This document shows positions 49,018 to 58,568 of a DNA stretch of 64,000 bases, one piece after another; the first letter of the stretch is position 1; each line of letters starts with the position of its first letter. Source of the stretch: Candidatus Omnitrophota bacterium (GTDB lineage Bacteria; Omnitrophota; Gorgyraeia; Gygaellales; Profunditerraquicolaceae). The stretch lies in assembly GCA_026387335.1 (NCBI GenBank), contig JAPLLX010000001.1, forward strand, positions 234,620 through 298,619, in the 5' to 3' direction. Below the pieces are notes generated by a model. It saw only the letters and a list, made by a program, of their open reading frames with translations. It was not told the DNA's origin and did not search any database. The translations under genes and the position numbers were made by a program.

Positions 49018-50030
49018 TTATTGTTTTAAGGCCGGAGGCAACAGAAGCCCAAGTTAACCATATAATTGAAAAAGTCAAGAAGTTGGGGTTGACCCCGCAT
49101 GTATCCAAAGGGACAGAGCGCACGATTATCGGGATTATCGGGCCGGAAGATGTTTTACGGGTTACTCCTTTGGAGGTTTTTCCGGGTGTAGAAAGGGTCA
49201 TGCCGGTTTTGGCCCCTTATAAACTTGTCTCCCGCGAATTTAAACGCGAAGATTCAATTATTGACGTAGGCAAGGGCGTTAAGATCGGCGGCGATAAGAT
49301 AGCCATCATGGCCGGACCTTGCGCGATAGAAAACATAAACACGTTGCGTTTAATTGCCGGTGAAGTTAAAAAGGCGGGCGCAACGGTTTTACGGGGAGGG
49401 GCATTTAAGCCCCGCACTTCGCCGTACAGTTTTCAAGGACTAGGAGAAGAAGGGCTTAAGATATTAAAACAGGTCGGCGACGAATTGAACCTGGTGACTA
49501 TAAGTGAGGTAATGGATACCCGCGACGTGGAATTAGTTACGCGTTACGTTGATGTGCTTCAGATCGGCGCGCGGAATATGCAGAATTTTAATCTTTTAAA
49601 AGAAGTAGGCCTGACTAAAAAACCGGTATTGTTAAAAAGAGGGCTATCCTCAACGGTAAAAGAGATGCTCATGTCGGCGGAATATATCCTCTCCGGAGGA
49701 AATTTTAACGTAATACTTTGCGAGCGGGGGATAAGGACTTTTGAAGATTCCACGCGCAATACCCTGGATATAAGCGCGGTTCCCGTAGTCAAGCAGCTTT
49801 CACATCTGCCTATAATAGTTGACCCTTCGCATGCGGCCGGGAAATGGGGATTAGTCGGCCCGTTAGCCAAGGCTGCGGTCGCTATTGGTTGTGATGGCTT
49901 GATTATTGAGGTGCATACAAGTCCGGAAGATGCGATGTCGGATGGCGCGCAGTCATTAATACCTTTGAATTTCGCCAGCTTAATGTTGGAATTAAAGAAG
50001 ATTGCTAAGTCAATAGGAAGAGAAATATAA
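49014..50030 (+). CDS. aroF: DAHP synthase (type I-beta)
   Basis: [34 protein letters not shown]. Confidence 0.93.
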   Translation: MIIVLRPEATEAQVNHIIEKVKKLGLTPHVSKGTERTIIGIIGPEDVLRVTPLEVFPGVERVMPVLAPYKLVSREFKREDSIIDVGKGVKIGGDKIAIMAGPCAIENINTLRLIAGEVKKAGATVLRGGAFKPRTSPYSFQGLGEEGLKILKQVGDELNLVTISEVMDTRDVELVTRYVDVLQIGARNMQNFNLLKEVGLTKKPVLLKRGLSSTVKEMLMSAEYILSGGNFNVILCERGIRTFEDSTRNTLDISAVPVVKQLSHLPIIVDPSHAAGKWGLVGPLAKAAVAIGCDGLIIEVHTSPEDAMSDGAQSLIPLNFASLMLELKKIAKSIGREI

Positions 50031-50860
50031 TGCGTTTATTTAACAAGGTTGCTATCATCGGAACAGGATTAATCGGCGGGTCTTTGGCCCTGGTAATAAA
50101 AAAGAACGGGCTGGCCCGGGAAGTTGTCGGAGTAGCCCGGCACAAAGTGAGTTTGGATTTAGCCTTAAAAATGAAGGCGATAGACAGGGGTTCTCTTTCG
50201 CTGGGTATTATTAAAGGAGCGGATTTAATAATCTTGGCTACTCCTATTGATTTAATCATTTCTCAGAGAAACCGGCTACTTAAAATCGTAAGCAACGATT
50301 GCATAGTTACCGATGTAGGAAGCACTAAAGGAAAAATAGTCTCTTTTTTAGAGAAAGATTTTAAGAATTATATTGGGAGCCATCCTTTGGCCGGCTCGGA
50401 AAAACGGGGGATTAAAAACGCCCGGCGGGATATTTTTAAGGAATCGGTGTGTATTTTAACCCCTACCAAGAGAACGCGAAAGTTAGCCCTGGAAAAAATA
50501 AAGAGACTCTGGCTTACCGCCGGGGCAAGAGTCATTTTACTTTCCCCGGAAGCACACGATAACGCTCTTTCTTTTACCAGCCACCTGGCGCATATAGTCG
50601 CTTTTTCGCTTATCAACAGTATTCCTTCTAGTCTCTTAAAATTATCCTCTGGCGGTTTAAGGGATACAACGCGAATAGCTTCTTCTTCTCCTGAGCTTTG
50701 GCCGAGTATTTTCCTGACTAACGCTAAGAATACGCTGAAAGCAGTGGCTGTTTTTGAGAAAAATTTAAATAAAATAAAAATCGCGATCAGAAATAACGAC
50801 AAAAAGTCACTTACGGATATTTTAAGGCAGGCCCAAAAGAAAAGAACTCTTATAGAATGA
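50030..50860 (+). CDS. tyrA: Prephenate/arogenate dehydrogenase
   Basis: GTGLIGGS, DVGSTK, HPLAGSE, DTTRIA. Confidence 0.9.
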   Translation: MRLFNKVAIIGTGLIGGSLALVIKKNGLAREVVGVARHKVSLDLALKMKAIDRGSLSLGIIKGADLIILATPIDLIISQRNRLLKIVSNDCIVTDVGSTKGKIVSFLEKDFKNYIGSHPLAGSEKRGIKNARRDIFKESVCILTPTKRTRKLALEKIKRLWLTAGARVILLSPEAHDNALSFTSHLAHIVAFSLINSIPSSLLKLSSGGLRDTTRIASSSPELWPSIFLTNAKNTLKAVAVFEKNLNKIKIAIRNNDKKSLTDILRQAQKKRTLIE

Positions 50861-51513
50861 TTATCGCTATAGATGGACCGGCGGGCGCAGGCAAAAGCAC
50901 GGCCGCTAAATTACTCGCTAAAAAATTAAAGTTTTTATATATTGATACGGGTGCTATGTACCGGGCTCTCACCTTAAAAGTTTTAGATAAAGACATAGCT
51001 ATAAACGATGCCCAATCCATAACCGAACTTGCCCTATCTAGTAGTATTGATTTAATAAATAACCCTGATGGTTCATTAAAGGTATTCTTGGATGGAAGGG
51101 ATGTAAGCGCGGATATCCGCCAACCGCGGATAACCCAGTTTGTATCCGAAATAGCTAAAATCAAAGAGGTCCGCAGCGTTATGGTCAACCTGCAAAGAAA
51201 GCTCGGGGAACAGGGAGATGCCGTGCTGGATGGCCGCGATATCGGGACAGTTGTTTTTCCGGACGCCAAAATTAAATTCTATATTGACGCGGATTTTAAA
51301 GAGCGGGTCAACCGAAGACATAAAGAATCTTTGGAGCTTAGACAAAACATAACTTTTGAAGACGTATCCTTGGATTTATCCAACCGGGATAATATAGATT
51401 CCAACCGCAAAGTTGCTCCGTTAAAGAAAGCCGATGACGCTATTTACGTGGACACAACCAATCTCAACATTAAGGAAGTAGTGAATAAACTGCTGAGTTT
51501 TATCAATGGATAA
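50857..51513 (+). CDS. cmk: Cytidylate kinase
   Basis: IDGPAGAGKST, DTGAMYR, GRDIGTVVFPDA. Confidence 0.95.
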   Translation: MIIAIDGPAGAGKSTAAKLLAKKLKFLYIDTGAMYRALTLKVLDKDIAINDAQSITELALSSSIDLINNPDGSLKVFLDGRDVSADIRQPRITQFVSEIAKIKEVRSVMVNLQRKLGEQGDAVLDGRDIGTVVFPDAKIKFYIDADFKERVNRRHKESLELRQNITFEDVSLDLSNRDNIDSNRKVAPLKKADDAIYVDTTNLNIKEVVNKLLSFING

Positions 51514-53302
51514 GTCGTTAATCCGCAATTTCAGTATTATCGCCCATATAGACCACGGTAAATCTACCCTTGCCGACCGCATCCTGGAGCTGACCGGAGC
51601 CGTGGACAAACGGCATAAAGGAAGCCAGCTTCTTGATGATATGGACTTAGAGCGCGAACGCGGAATTACCATCAAGGCCTCTATGGTCAGGCTAGCCTAT
51701 AAATCCCGCGACGGGAAGGAATATGTTTTAAACTTAATCGATACTCCCGGGCACGTAGATTTTACTTATGAAGTCTCTAAGTCCCTGGCTGCCTGTGAGG
51801 GCGCGGTTTTAGTGGTGGATGCCGGCCAGGGAATAGAAGCCCAGACAGTAGCTAATTATTATCTGGCTATGGAGAATGACCTTGAAATTATACCCGTGCT
51901 GAATAAAATTGACCTTGTTTCTATAGATATTCCAAAAGCGCAAAAACAGATAACTACCGTTTTGGGCTTTAAAGAAGAGGATATAATTTTGGCTTCGGCC
52001 AAAGACGGAACAGGCGTAGAAGATATTTTAGAACGCATTATTCAGGTTATTCCCGCACCTAAAGGAGAAGAGTCTAAGGCCCTAAAAGCCCTTGTTTTTG
52101 ACTGCCGTTTTGACGCTTATAAAGGAGTTGTGGTTTTTGTCAGGATCGTCGATGGGGTAATTACCCCATCGACGCAGCTTAAAATGATGCACTCAGGGCA
52201 AGTCTATAAGATTGAAGAGTTAGGGGTATTTAAGAATTTAAAATATTTTGCGGTAGAAACTTTAACTTGCGGAGAAGTAGGTTATTTTACGGCAAATATA
52301 CGGGAGCCCAGGGATATAATTATTGGTGATACGATAACGGATGTGAAAAACCCCTGTAAGGATGTTTTCCCCGGGTACCGCCAGCCTAAACCTCTTGTGT
52401 TTTGTGGAATTTACCCGGTTAATTCGGGAGATTTTACAGAGCTGCGGGATGCGATGGATAAATTAAAATTATCCGATGCCTCGTTTGTTTTTGAACCGGA
52501 AAATTCGCAATCTTTTGGTTCGGGTTTCCGTTGCGGATTCTTAGGACTTCTGCATATGGAGATCGTCCAGGAGCGGCTAGAGAGAGAATATAATTTAAAT
52601 TTAATCCTCACTGTGCCCAATGTTGTTTACCGGGTGGTTATGAACAACGGCGAAGAGATAGAAGTGGATACTCCCGCGAAATTACCTGCGGTGCAGGATA
52701 TACGGGAAGCGTTTGAACCCTACGCCAGTCTCTTAATGATTATTCCGGTGGATACGATTGAACTGGTTTGTGATTTTACCAAATCCCGGCGCGGGGTTTT
52801 TCAATCCAACGAATATTTAAGTGAAGACCGGGTAAAACTTACTTTTAGCATTCCTCTTTCGGATATTATTGTGGATTTTTATGACCGGATAAAATCGTTA
52901 ACTAGGGGTTACGGCTCTTTGGACTACGAGTTTAAAGAGTACTTACCTACGAAATTGGTAAAGCTGGATATACTTTTAAACGGCCAGATTTGCGATGCCT
53001 TTTCTTCTTTAATGTGTAAAGATAAGGCCTATTCCCGCGCGCACGCCTTAGTCTCTAAGCTTAAAGAACTTATCCCGCGGCAATTATTTGAAGTTTCCCT
53101 GCAGGCGGCGATCGGTAGCCAAATCCTGGCGTCAGATAAAATACGTTGCGTCGGTAAACATGTCACGGCCAAATGCTACGGCGGTGACATCACCCGTAAA
53201 CGGAAACTTTGGGAAGAACAAAAAAAAGGAAAGAAACGCCTTAAGCAATTCGGAAAAGTTGAAATTCCGCAAGAGGCATTTTTGGAGGTATTAAAAATAT
53301 AA
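51506..53302 (+). CDS. lepA: Elongation factor 4
   Basis: IRNFSIIAHIDHGKSTLADR, GFLGLLHMEI, KCYGGDITRKRKL. Confidence 0.97.
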   Translation: MDKSLIRNFSIIAHIDHGKSTLADRILELTGAVDKRHKGSQLLDDMDLERERGITIKASMVRLAYKSRDGKEYVLNLIDTPGHVDFTYEVSKSLAACEGAVLVVDAGQGIEAQTVANYYLAMENDLEIIPVLNKIDLVSIDIPKAQKQITTVLGFKEEDIILASAKDGTGVEDILERIIQVIPAPKGEESKALKALVFDCRFDAYKGVVVFVRIVDGVITPSTQLKMMHSGQVYKIEELGVFKNLKYFAVETLTCGEVGYFTANIREPRDIIIGDTITDVKNPCKDVFPGYRQPKPLVFCGIYPVNSGDFTELRDAMDKLKLSDASFVFEPENSQSFGSGFRCGFLGLLHMEIVQERLEREYNLNLILTVPNVVYRVVMNNGEEIEVDTPAKLPAVQDIREAFEPYASLLMIIPVDTIELVCDFTKSRRGVFQSNEYLSEDRVKLTFSIPLSDIIVDFYDRIKSLTRGYGSLDYEFKEYLPTKLVKLDILLNGQICDAFSSLMCKDKAYSRAHALVSKLKELIPRQLFEVSLQAAIGSQILASDKIRCVGKHVTAKCYGGDITRKRKLWEEQKKGKKRLKQFGKVEIPQEAFLEVLKI

Positions 53303-53877
53303 TGGCTAAGAAGAAATCCGCGTTGCGGGAATGGATAGAAGCGGCTATTTTTGCCGCTTTTCTGGCATTTTGCATAATCCGGCCTTTTATTGTGCAGGCA
53401 TTTAAGATCCCTACCGGTTCAATGCGGCCTACGCTCCTGGAGGGCGATCTGATCTTGGTCAATAAATTTATTTACGGAGCAAAGATCCCGTTTACCAGTT
53501 TCCGGCTTCCTGCGGTTAAAGAGATCAAAAGGGGGGATGTCATTGTTTTTATCTACCCGGAAGATAAAAAGAAGGACTTTATTAAAAGGATGGTCGGTTT
53601 ACCCGGAGATGTTGTGGAAATCAAAAGTGGGACTATTTATATTAATGATAACCCGTTATTAGACCCGGTTTTTAACCAGCGTTACTATTACAACCGGGGA
53701 GATTTTACCAATGAAGGCCAGAAATTAATTGTGCCGGCGAACAGTTATTTTGTTCTGGGGGATAATTCCGGGTCTTCCAAAGATAGCCGTTATTGGGGTT
53801 TTGTGCCGAAAGATAACATCCTAGGAGAGGCGATGGTCATATATTGGCCGCCGCAGCGCATAAGAATAATCAAATGA
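53302..53877 (+). CDS. lepB: Signal peptidase I
   Basis: IPTGSMRPTL, FIKRMVGLPGD, GDN...S.DSRYWG. Confidence 0.93.
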   Translation: MAKKKSALREWIEAAIFAAFLAFCIIRPFIVQAFKIPTGSMRPTLLEGDLILVNKFIYGAKIPFTSFRLPAVKEIKRGDVIVFIYPEDKKKDFIKRMVGLPGDVVEIKSGTIYINDNPLLDPVFNQRYYYNRGDFTNEGQKLIVPANSYFVLGDNSGSSKDSRYWGFVPKDNILGEAMVIYWPPQRIRIIK

Positions 53878-54437
53878 ATATAGCGAATAAGATTTCTACT
53901 TTTCGGATTTTAAGCGTACCGTTTTTTATTGCCAGTATCATTTATTATTCCCCCCAGAGAAGTTATTTGAGGTGGATAGCCTTGGGGATTTTTATTCTGG
54001 CAGCATTATCCGACGCAGCCGACGGCTATATAGCTAGAAAATCCAAGCTACAATCAAAGGCCGGCCTGATATTAGACCCCTTGGGAGATAAATTACTGTT
54101 GATGAGCGCTTTTATCTGCCTGTGCGCTAACTCTAATCTTGAACCGAGGTTCCCGTTATGGGTGATCCTTATTGTGATCAGCCGGGATGTAATTATAATT
54201 TTAGGCGCGGTTGCGGTTTATGTGGTAAAACAAAATATTAATATAATACCTACGCGCTGGGGAAAATTTTCTACCGCTTTTCAGATGCTGGCGGTAATCT
54301 CGGTCTTATTGCAATCACGGTTTTCACCGTTATTCTGGTGGCTGGCAGCTATTTTTACGGTAATTTCGGGGGTAGTTTACATCAACAGGGGATTTGTCTT
54401 ACTCTATGCTTTGGATAATTCTCGGAATAATCATTAG
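53874..54437 (+). CDS. pgsA: CDP-alcohol phosphatidyltransferase (PgsA-like)
   Basis: NKISTFRI, DAADGYIAR...G..LDPLGDK. Confidence 0.8.
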   Translation: MNIANKISTFRILSVPFFIASIIYYSPQRSYLRWIALGIFILAALSDAADGYIARKSKLQSKAGLILDPLGDKLLLMSAFICLCANSNLEPRFPLWVILIVISRDVIIILGAVAVYVVKQNINIIPTRWGKFSTAFQMLAVISVLLQSRFSPLFWWLAAIFTVISGVVYINRGFVLLYALDNSRNNH

Positions 54438-55035
54438 TTATCTGGTCGGTTCAATACCCACGGCTTATATATTCGGCCGGTTAATTAAAGGCGTGGATAT
54501 ACGTAAATTCGGCTCAGGCAATGTAGGGGCTACTAACGCGCTCAGGCTTTTAGGTAAAGGATGGGGAGTAACCGTATTAGTTTTGGATATTCTTAAAGGA
54601 GCCCTGCCTGTAATAATACTGGCGGAACTTTTTGGCGCAAAGACTCACCTTACGCTGGATACCTTCTGTATCCTTATCGGCCTAAGCTGCATATGCGGGC
54701 ATAATTGGACTATTTTTCTAAAATTTAAAGGCGGTAAGGGAGTAGCTACCACCTTAGGAGTGCTCATCGGGCTTTCGGCTAAAATTGCCGGTTTAAAGGT
54801 CATATTAGGTTTAACTATATTTATTTGGTTAGCTACTTTTATTTTGAGCAGAATAATCTCCCTGGCTTCCGTAATGGCCGCCTTAAGTTTTCCTTTGCTC
54901 ACGTTATTATTCAGGCCATCTTTCCCGATAATCCTGATAGGCTTGCTGCTTTCAGTATTTATAATTCTGCGTCATAAATCCAACATCAAAAGGATCCTCG
55001 AAGGGCAAGAGCCTAAACTAAACTTTAAGAAATAG
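54406..55035 (+). CDS. plsY: Glycerol-3-phosphate acyltransferase
   Basis: GSGNVGATN, GHNW..F..FKGGKGVAT, RHKSNIKR. Confidence 0.93.
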   Translation: MLWIILGIIISYLVGSIPTAYIFGRLIKGVDIRKFGSGNVGATNALRLLGKGWGVTVLVLDILKGALPVIILAELFGAKTHLTLDTFCILIGLSCICGHNWTIFLKFKGGKGVATTLGVLIGLSAKIAGLKVILGLTIFIWLATFILSRIISLASVMAALSFPLLTLLFRPSFPIILIGLLLSVFIILRHKSNIKRILEGQEPKLNFKK

Positions 55036-55097
55036 ACGAGAAGAAACCGCTTTCATTCTAAGCCGGAATAGGCTTGAAAGCTTATCTAGCGGAGTTT

Positions 55098-55130
55098 ATA
55101 CTCTCCTTGAAGCTTGAGAGTATTTTTTTT
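55098..55130 (+). terminator. Intrinsic terminator
   Basis: ATACTCTC-loop-GAGAGTAT followed by a T run. Confidence 0.65.
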
Positions 55131-55260
55131 GCCTGATTTTTAAGAGGTTTATTAAAGTTTTTATTCCCCACCAGCCAAAAGAAGGAAGGGGATAGCCGGG
55201 TTATCTTAAAAAAGGATAAAACTAGGATAGCCCGGCGTAGATACATAAAGCGAGGCTAAC

Positions 55261-55593
55261 ATGCGCGATCTATTGTTTAAAAACCTGGTCTCTGATGACC
55301 ACAGGAGAAAGATAATCGCCAGCTGTGAAGTTATGGACAAGCAGGGAGTGCGCAGCACTATCCGCCGCCATTTTATTTGTATGATCAAGGAAATAAAGGA
55401 CGAAAACAATATCGAAAAACCTTTGCCGTATCTGTATATTCTTAAAGAACACAATACCAAAGAGCAGAAGGAAAAGTTTTTCTGTAAGATTAAGGGTAGC
55501 GTCTGCGCGATAAGTAATGGCAAGTTATTTTTAATTGTCTTTATGCATTCGCTTAAGATTGACCTTATAGCCAGAGCAGAACAAGTCGTTTAG
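55261..55593 (+). CDS. Hypothetical protein, 110 aa
   Basis: ATG after GAGG SD; fills the intergenic gap; no recognisable motif. Confidence 0.6.
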   Translation: MRDLLFKNLVSDDHRRKIIASCEVMDKQGVRSTIRRHFICMIKEIKDENNIEKPLPYLYILKEHNTKEQKEKFFCKIKGSVCAISNGKLFLIVFMHSLKIDLIARAEQVV

Positions 55594-55660
55594 CTCTAAC
55601 GCTAGTATTATGAGTATGTTATAGCTACAATCTAACTATATCAATCCCCTAAAAATTTCG

Positions 55661-55688
55661 TTGACAAGGCCTAAAACTCATATATAAT
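55661..55688 (+). promoter_or_regulatory. Sigma70 promoter
   Basis: TTGACA-16 nt-TATAAT. Confidence 0.6.
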
Positions 55689-55698
55689 AAAAATAATT

Positions 55699-58497
55699 AT
55701 GAGTAAGAGATATTTTGCCTTGTCTTTGTTGTTTGTCTTCCTATTTTCAGTCATAACTACAGAAAATTCTGTTGCCGCCGGGCCGGCAGCCGAGTATTTA
55801 TGCGAACTCGGAGCTACTTTCTATAGTTTTGGTAAATATGATGAAGCCTTGGCTGAATTTAATAAAGCCTTACTGGTCGACCCCGAGAGTAAAGTCGCCA
55901 GGCAGTATATAAATGATATTTTTAAACAAAGCTTTAAGCCTTCCTTAACCGCAACTACTCCTGTAGTTAAAACTACCCCCCAGCCAAAAATATTGACTAA
56001 AGATGAAGCAATGAGCCAAGCTATGAATAAGGCTATAGATAAAATTGAACAGCCTATGCCTTCGCGAACCGCTGCTTATGTTCCCGAGTATGATTCTAGC
56101 GGAGTTAAACTTTTAAAAGAGGAAGAAAAAAGAGGGTTTAAGGCCGGGCCTTTCCGGGTTAGCGGAGAGATGCAACTAAGTTTTGGAGTCACTCCCGATG
56201 ACTTTATCTGGAAAAGGGCTAATTTTGATCTGAACGAAAAGTTTAAAAGCTGGCGTATGACTTCCGACGCAGGGTTTAACCGCAGGTTTAATACTTATGA
56301 CCCGGCGATTTATGATTCGCTTAGCGTGAACGTAGATACCGATAATAAAGAAGGTTTTAATTTCCATACCAATGTTACACTTGATCCATGGAGTTACGTT
56401 GGGAAGAGTTCTAAAACTACTGTAACCGGCTCTAATGGCGATACAGCCGAGATACAGGCTTATTACTGGTCAAATACCGGTTATGTATTAAATCATACAG
56501 CCTACACTTCTTTAAAAGGCGATACTTTCGGTATTCCGGAATTAAAAGTTAAAGACGGAGTAACCAGCGCGACTACTGTTGCTTCCTATCGCTATCCCGG
56601 AGTCGTCACCTACAATATTCCGGAAATGAAAATAAAACGTGAATTCCAACCCTTACGCGAATTATGGCTGGATTATGCCAATGACCAGATTAAATTCAGG
56701 GCATTTCCTATGGGGTATCAGGACCAGGCCTATACTTCGGATGATCCCTTAGGGATAACCAACCACGGGATATGGTGGAAAGACAGCAAATGGTTACGGG
56801 GTTATACGGCGGGAAATTATAACTCCGGCGATACGTCTCCCAGCTTTACTAAGGGCCGCTGGGATGACTCCCTATCATTTTTATCCAAAGATTCTACCGG
56901 TAAATATTTAACCGCCTTAAGGGGTTTTGCTTTTAATTTCCAGCCGGATGAAGCGACTTCATTTGATACTACTATAGCCGCCCCGAAGAATTTATGGCAG
57001 GATTACGCTCAAGTAGATAACGCGGTTATGGCTTCTCGGCTTAAGCATTATTTTGCGGATAATTTTATGCTCGGGGGCACATTTACCAACCGTTCAGGAT
57101 TTATTACCGATAAGAGCCAGAAGTTAGACAGCCTGAATTTTGTCGCGGGAGCGGATTTAGGTTATGAAATAAGAGACGGCTTAAAACTTCAGGCAGAAGT
57201 TTTAACCTCTAAATCAAAATACGATATGAGTAATTCTACTTACGAGACAGAATCCAGGGGTAATGCCTATTATTTTTCCTTTATTACCCGTTATCCCCAA
57301 AAGAGCATTATGGATTTAAAGTATGGTTACGACCAGATAGATAAGGATACGACTGAAAACTTTATGCTCAAAAGCAAATTTTATGGAGCGCGGATGGATA
57401 AAGGATTTGATTCGGCGCTTTCTGATTATCATAATACCCGAGCGGATGTTTTTTGGTCAAGACATATACATTTTCGCAAGCCCTTAAAATATTTTGGCGA
57501 GGGGCTAAATCCTAATTCTACTAATTGGGACGAGCTTAATTCTTCGCGCATTGGCGATGGCGTAGATGCGGGTAGAAGTGTTTTAGGTTTTCGTTTTGAG
57601 ACTTTCTTAGAGGATAAGTTCGCCAATCTTTTTGATATACGCAATGTGCACAGTAACGAAGGAAAATTTGTGGAGAACGTTGTGCGCGATGAAGCTACCT
57701 TGAAAGTTACGGATAAGCTCACTGCCAAAGGCTTAGGCATTTATCAGAAGATGCCTAGGACCATAAAAGGAATAGACCCGTTTGTTTATGACGGGAATAC
57801 GGGAGAATTTTACAAAAATTCCGCGGTTGTGGATGGCGAGGATCCTACGATTAAAACCGGTTCTCTCGGTTTAAACTATGATTTCTTTGACTGGCTAAGT
57901 TTAAACGGAACTTATGAAAGGACTAATGATTACTCGCTGGCTTACGGAGATTTCCCGCGCAATGCCTTAAGGAACGATACGACATTATTCGGAACTTATT
58001 ATCAGAATGATTACCTTTACCGCTATATCCAACCGCTTCTTTATGGCCAGGGAGTATTCCCGCAAGCTCCTTATGAATTCTATAATGTGTTTAAAACCGG
58101 CTTAAGAATAGCGCCTTTGGATAACCTGGAGATTTACCTTGATTATACGCGCAACGAATTTGAAGCAGCTTCCCTGGTCTCGGACAGTATGAACCATGTG
58201 GGCCTGGAAGTCGCTTATATGCCCACCAAAAAGATGGGGATACTCTTTAAATATATTTACTCGCGTTGCCAGGACCTTGAGGATTTGCAAAACGGAGACA
58301 CTTCTATTTCGGGGCATCATAATTTCTTCAGTGAATTCCGGTATTTACCTTCTAAAGAAGACGAATTTATTTTACAGTATGGGGTAGGAGATACTAGCTC
58401 CATCAGCAATTTAGCTTCTTTGGATCCTTATGGTGGCGGGATGCTTACTTTGGATACGCAACATATCATCCGCGCTTATTATCGCCGCAAGTTCTAA
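55699..58497 (+). CDS. Large exported protein with N-terminal TPR and probable outer-membrane beta-barrel
   Basis: Signal peptide, TPR ('GKYDEALAEFNKALLVDP'), amphipathic strands, C-terminal YYRRKF. Confidence 0.6.
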   Translation: MSKRYFALSLLFVFLFSVITTENSVAAGPAAEYLCELGATFYSFGKYDEALAEFNKALLVDPESKVARQYINDIFKQSFKPSLTATTPVVKTTPQPKILTKDEAMSQAMNKAIDKIEQPMPSRTAAYVPEYDSSGVKLLKEEEKRGFKAGPFRVSGEMQLSFGVTPDDFIWKRANFDLNEKFKSWRMTSDAGFNRRFNTYDPAIYDSLSVNVDTDNKEGFNFHTNVTLDPWSYVGKSSKTTVTGSNGDTAEIQAYYWSNTGYVLNHTAYTSLKGDTFGIPELKVKDGVTSATTVASYRYPGVVTYNIPEMKIKREFQPLRELWLDYANDQIKFRAFPMGYQDQAYTSDDPLGITNHGIWWKDSKWLRGYTAGNYNSGDTSPSFTKGRWDDSLSFLSKDSTGKYLTALRGFAFNFQPDEATSFDTTIAAPKNLWQDYAQVDNAVMASRLKHYFADNFMLGGTFTNRSGFITDKSQKLDSLNFVAGADLGYEIRDGLKLQAEVLTSKSKYDMSNSTYETESRGNAYYFSFITRYPQKSIMDLKYGYDQIDKDTTENFMLKSKFYGARMDKGFDSALSDYHNTRADVFWSRHIHFRKPLKYFGEGLNPNSTNWDELNSSRIGDGVDAGRSVLGFRFETFLEDKFANLFDIRNVHSNEGKFVENVVRDEATLKVTDKLTAKGLGIYQKMPRTIKGIDPFVYDGNTGEFYKNSAVVDGEDPTIKTGSLGLNYDFFDWLSLNGTYERTNDYSLAYGDFPRNALRNDTTLFGTYYQNDYLYRYIQPLLYGQGVFPQAPYEFYNVFKTGLRIAPLDNLEIYLDYTRNEFEAASLVSDSMNHVGLEVAYMPTKKMGILFKYIYSRCQDLEDLQNGDTSISGHHNFFSEFRYLPSKEDEFILQYGVGDTSSISNLASLDPYGGGMLTLDTQHIIRAYYRRKF

Positions 58498-58568
58498 TTA
58501 AATAGGGACAGCGACCATTTTTCCTAGCATTGTTTATATAGGAAAAATGGTCGCTGTCCCTATTTAAT
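58497..58568. repeat. Perfect 30-bp inverted repeat between convergent genes (bidirectional terminator or REP-like)
   Basis: ATTAAATAGGGACAGCGACCATTTTTCCTA-12 nt-TAGGAAAAATGGTCGCTGTCCCTATTTAAT. Confidence 0.85.

Noticed and set aside
55040-55240. c-di-GMP-I riboswitch (TAGCGGAGTT and GATAGCCGGGTT resemble its 3' end)
   Set aside because: The GCAAA/GNRA-tetraloop core is not recognisable; kept only as generic structure.
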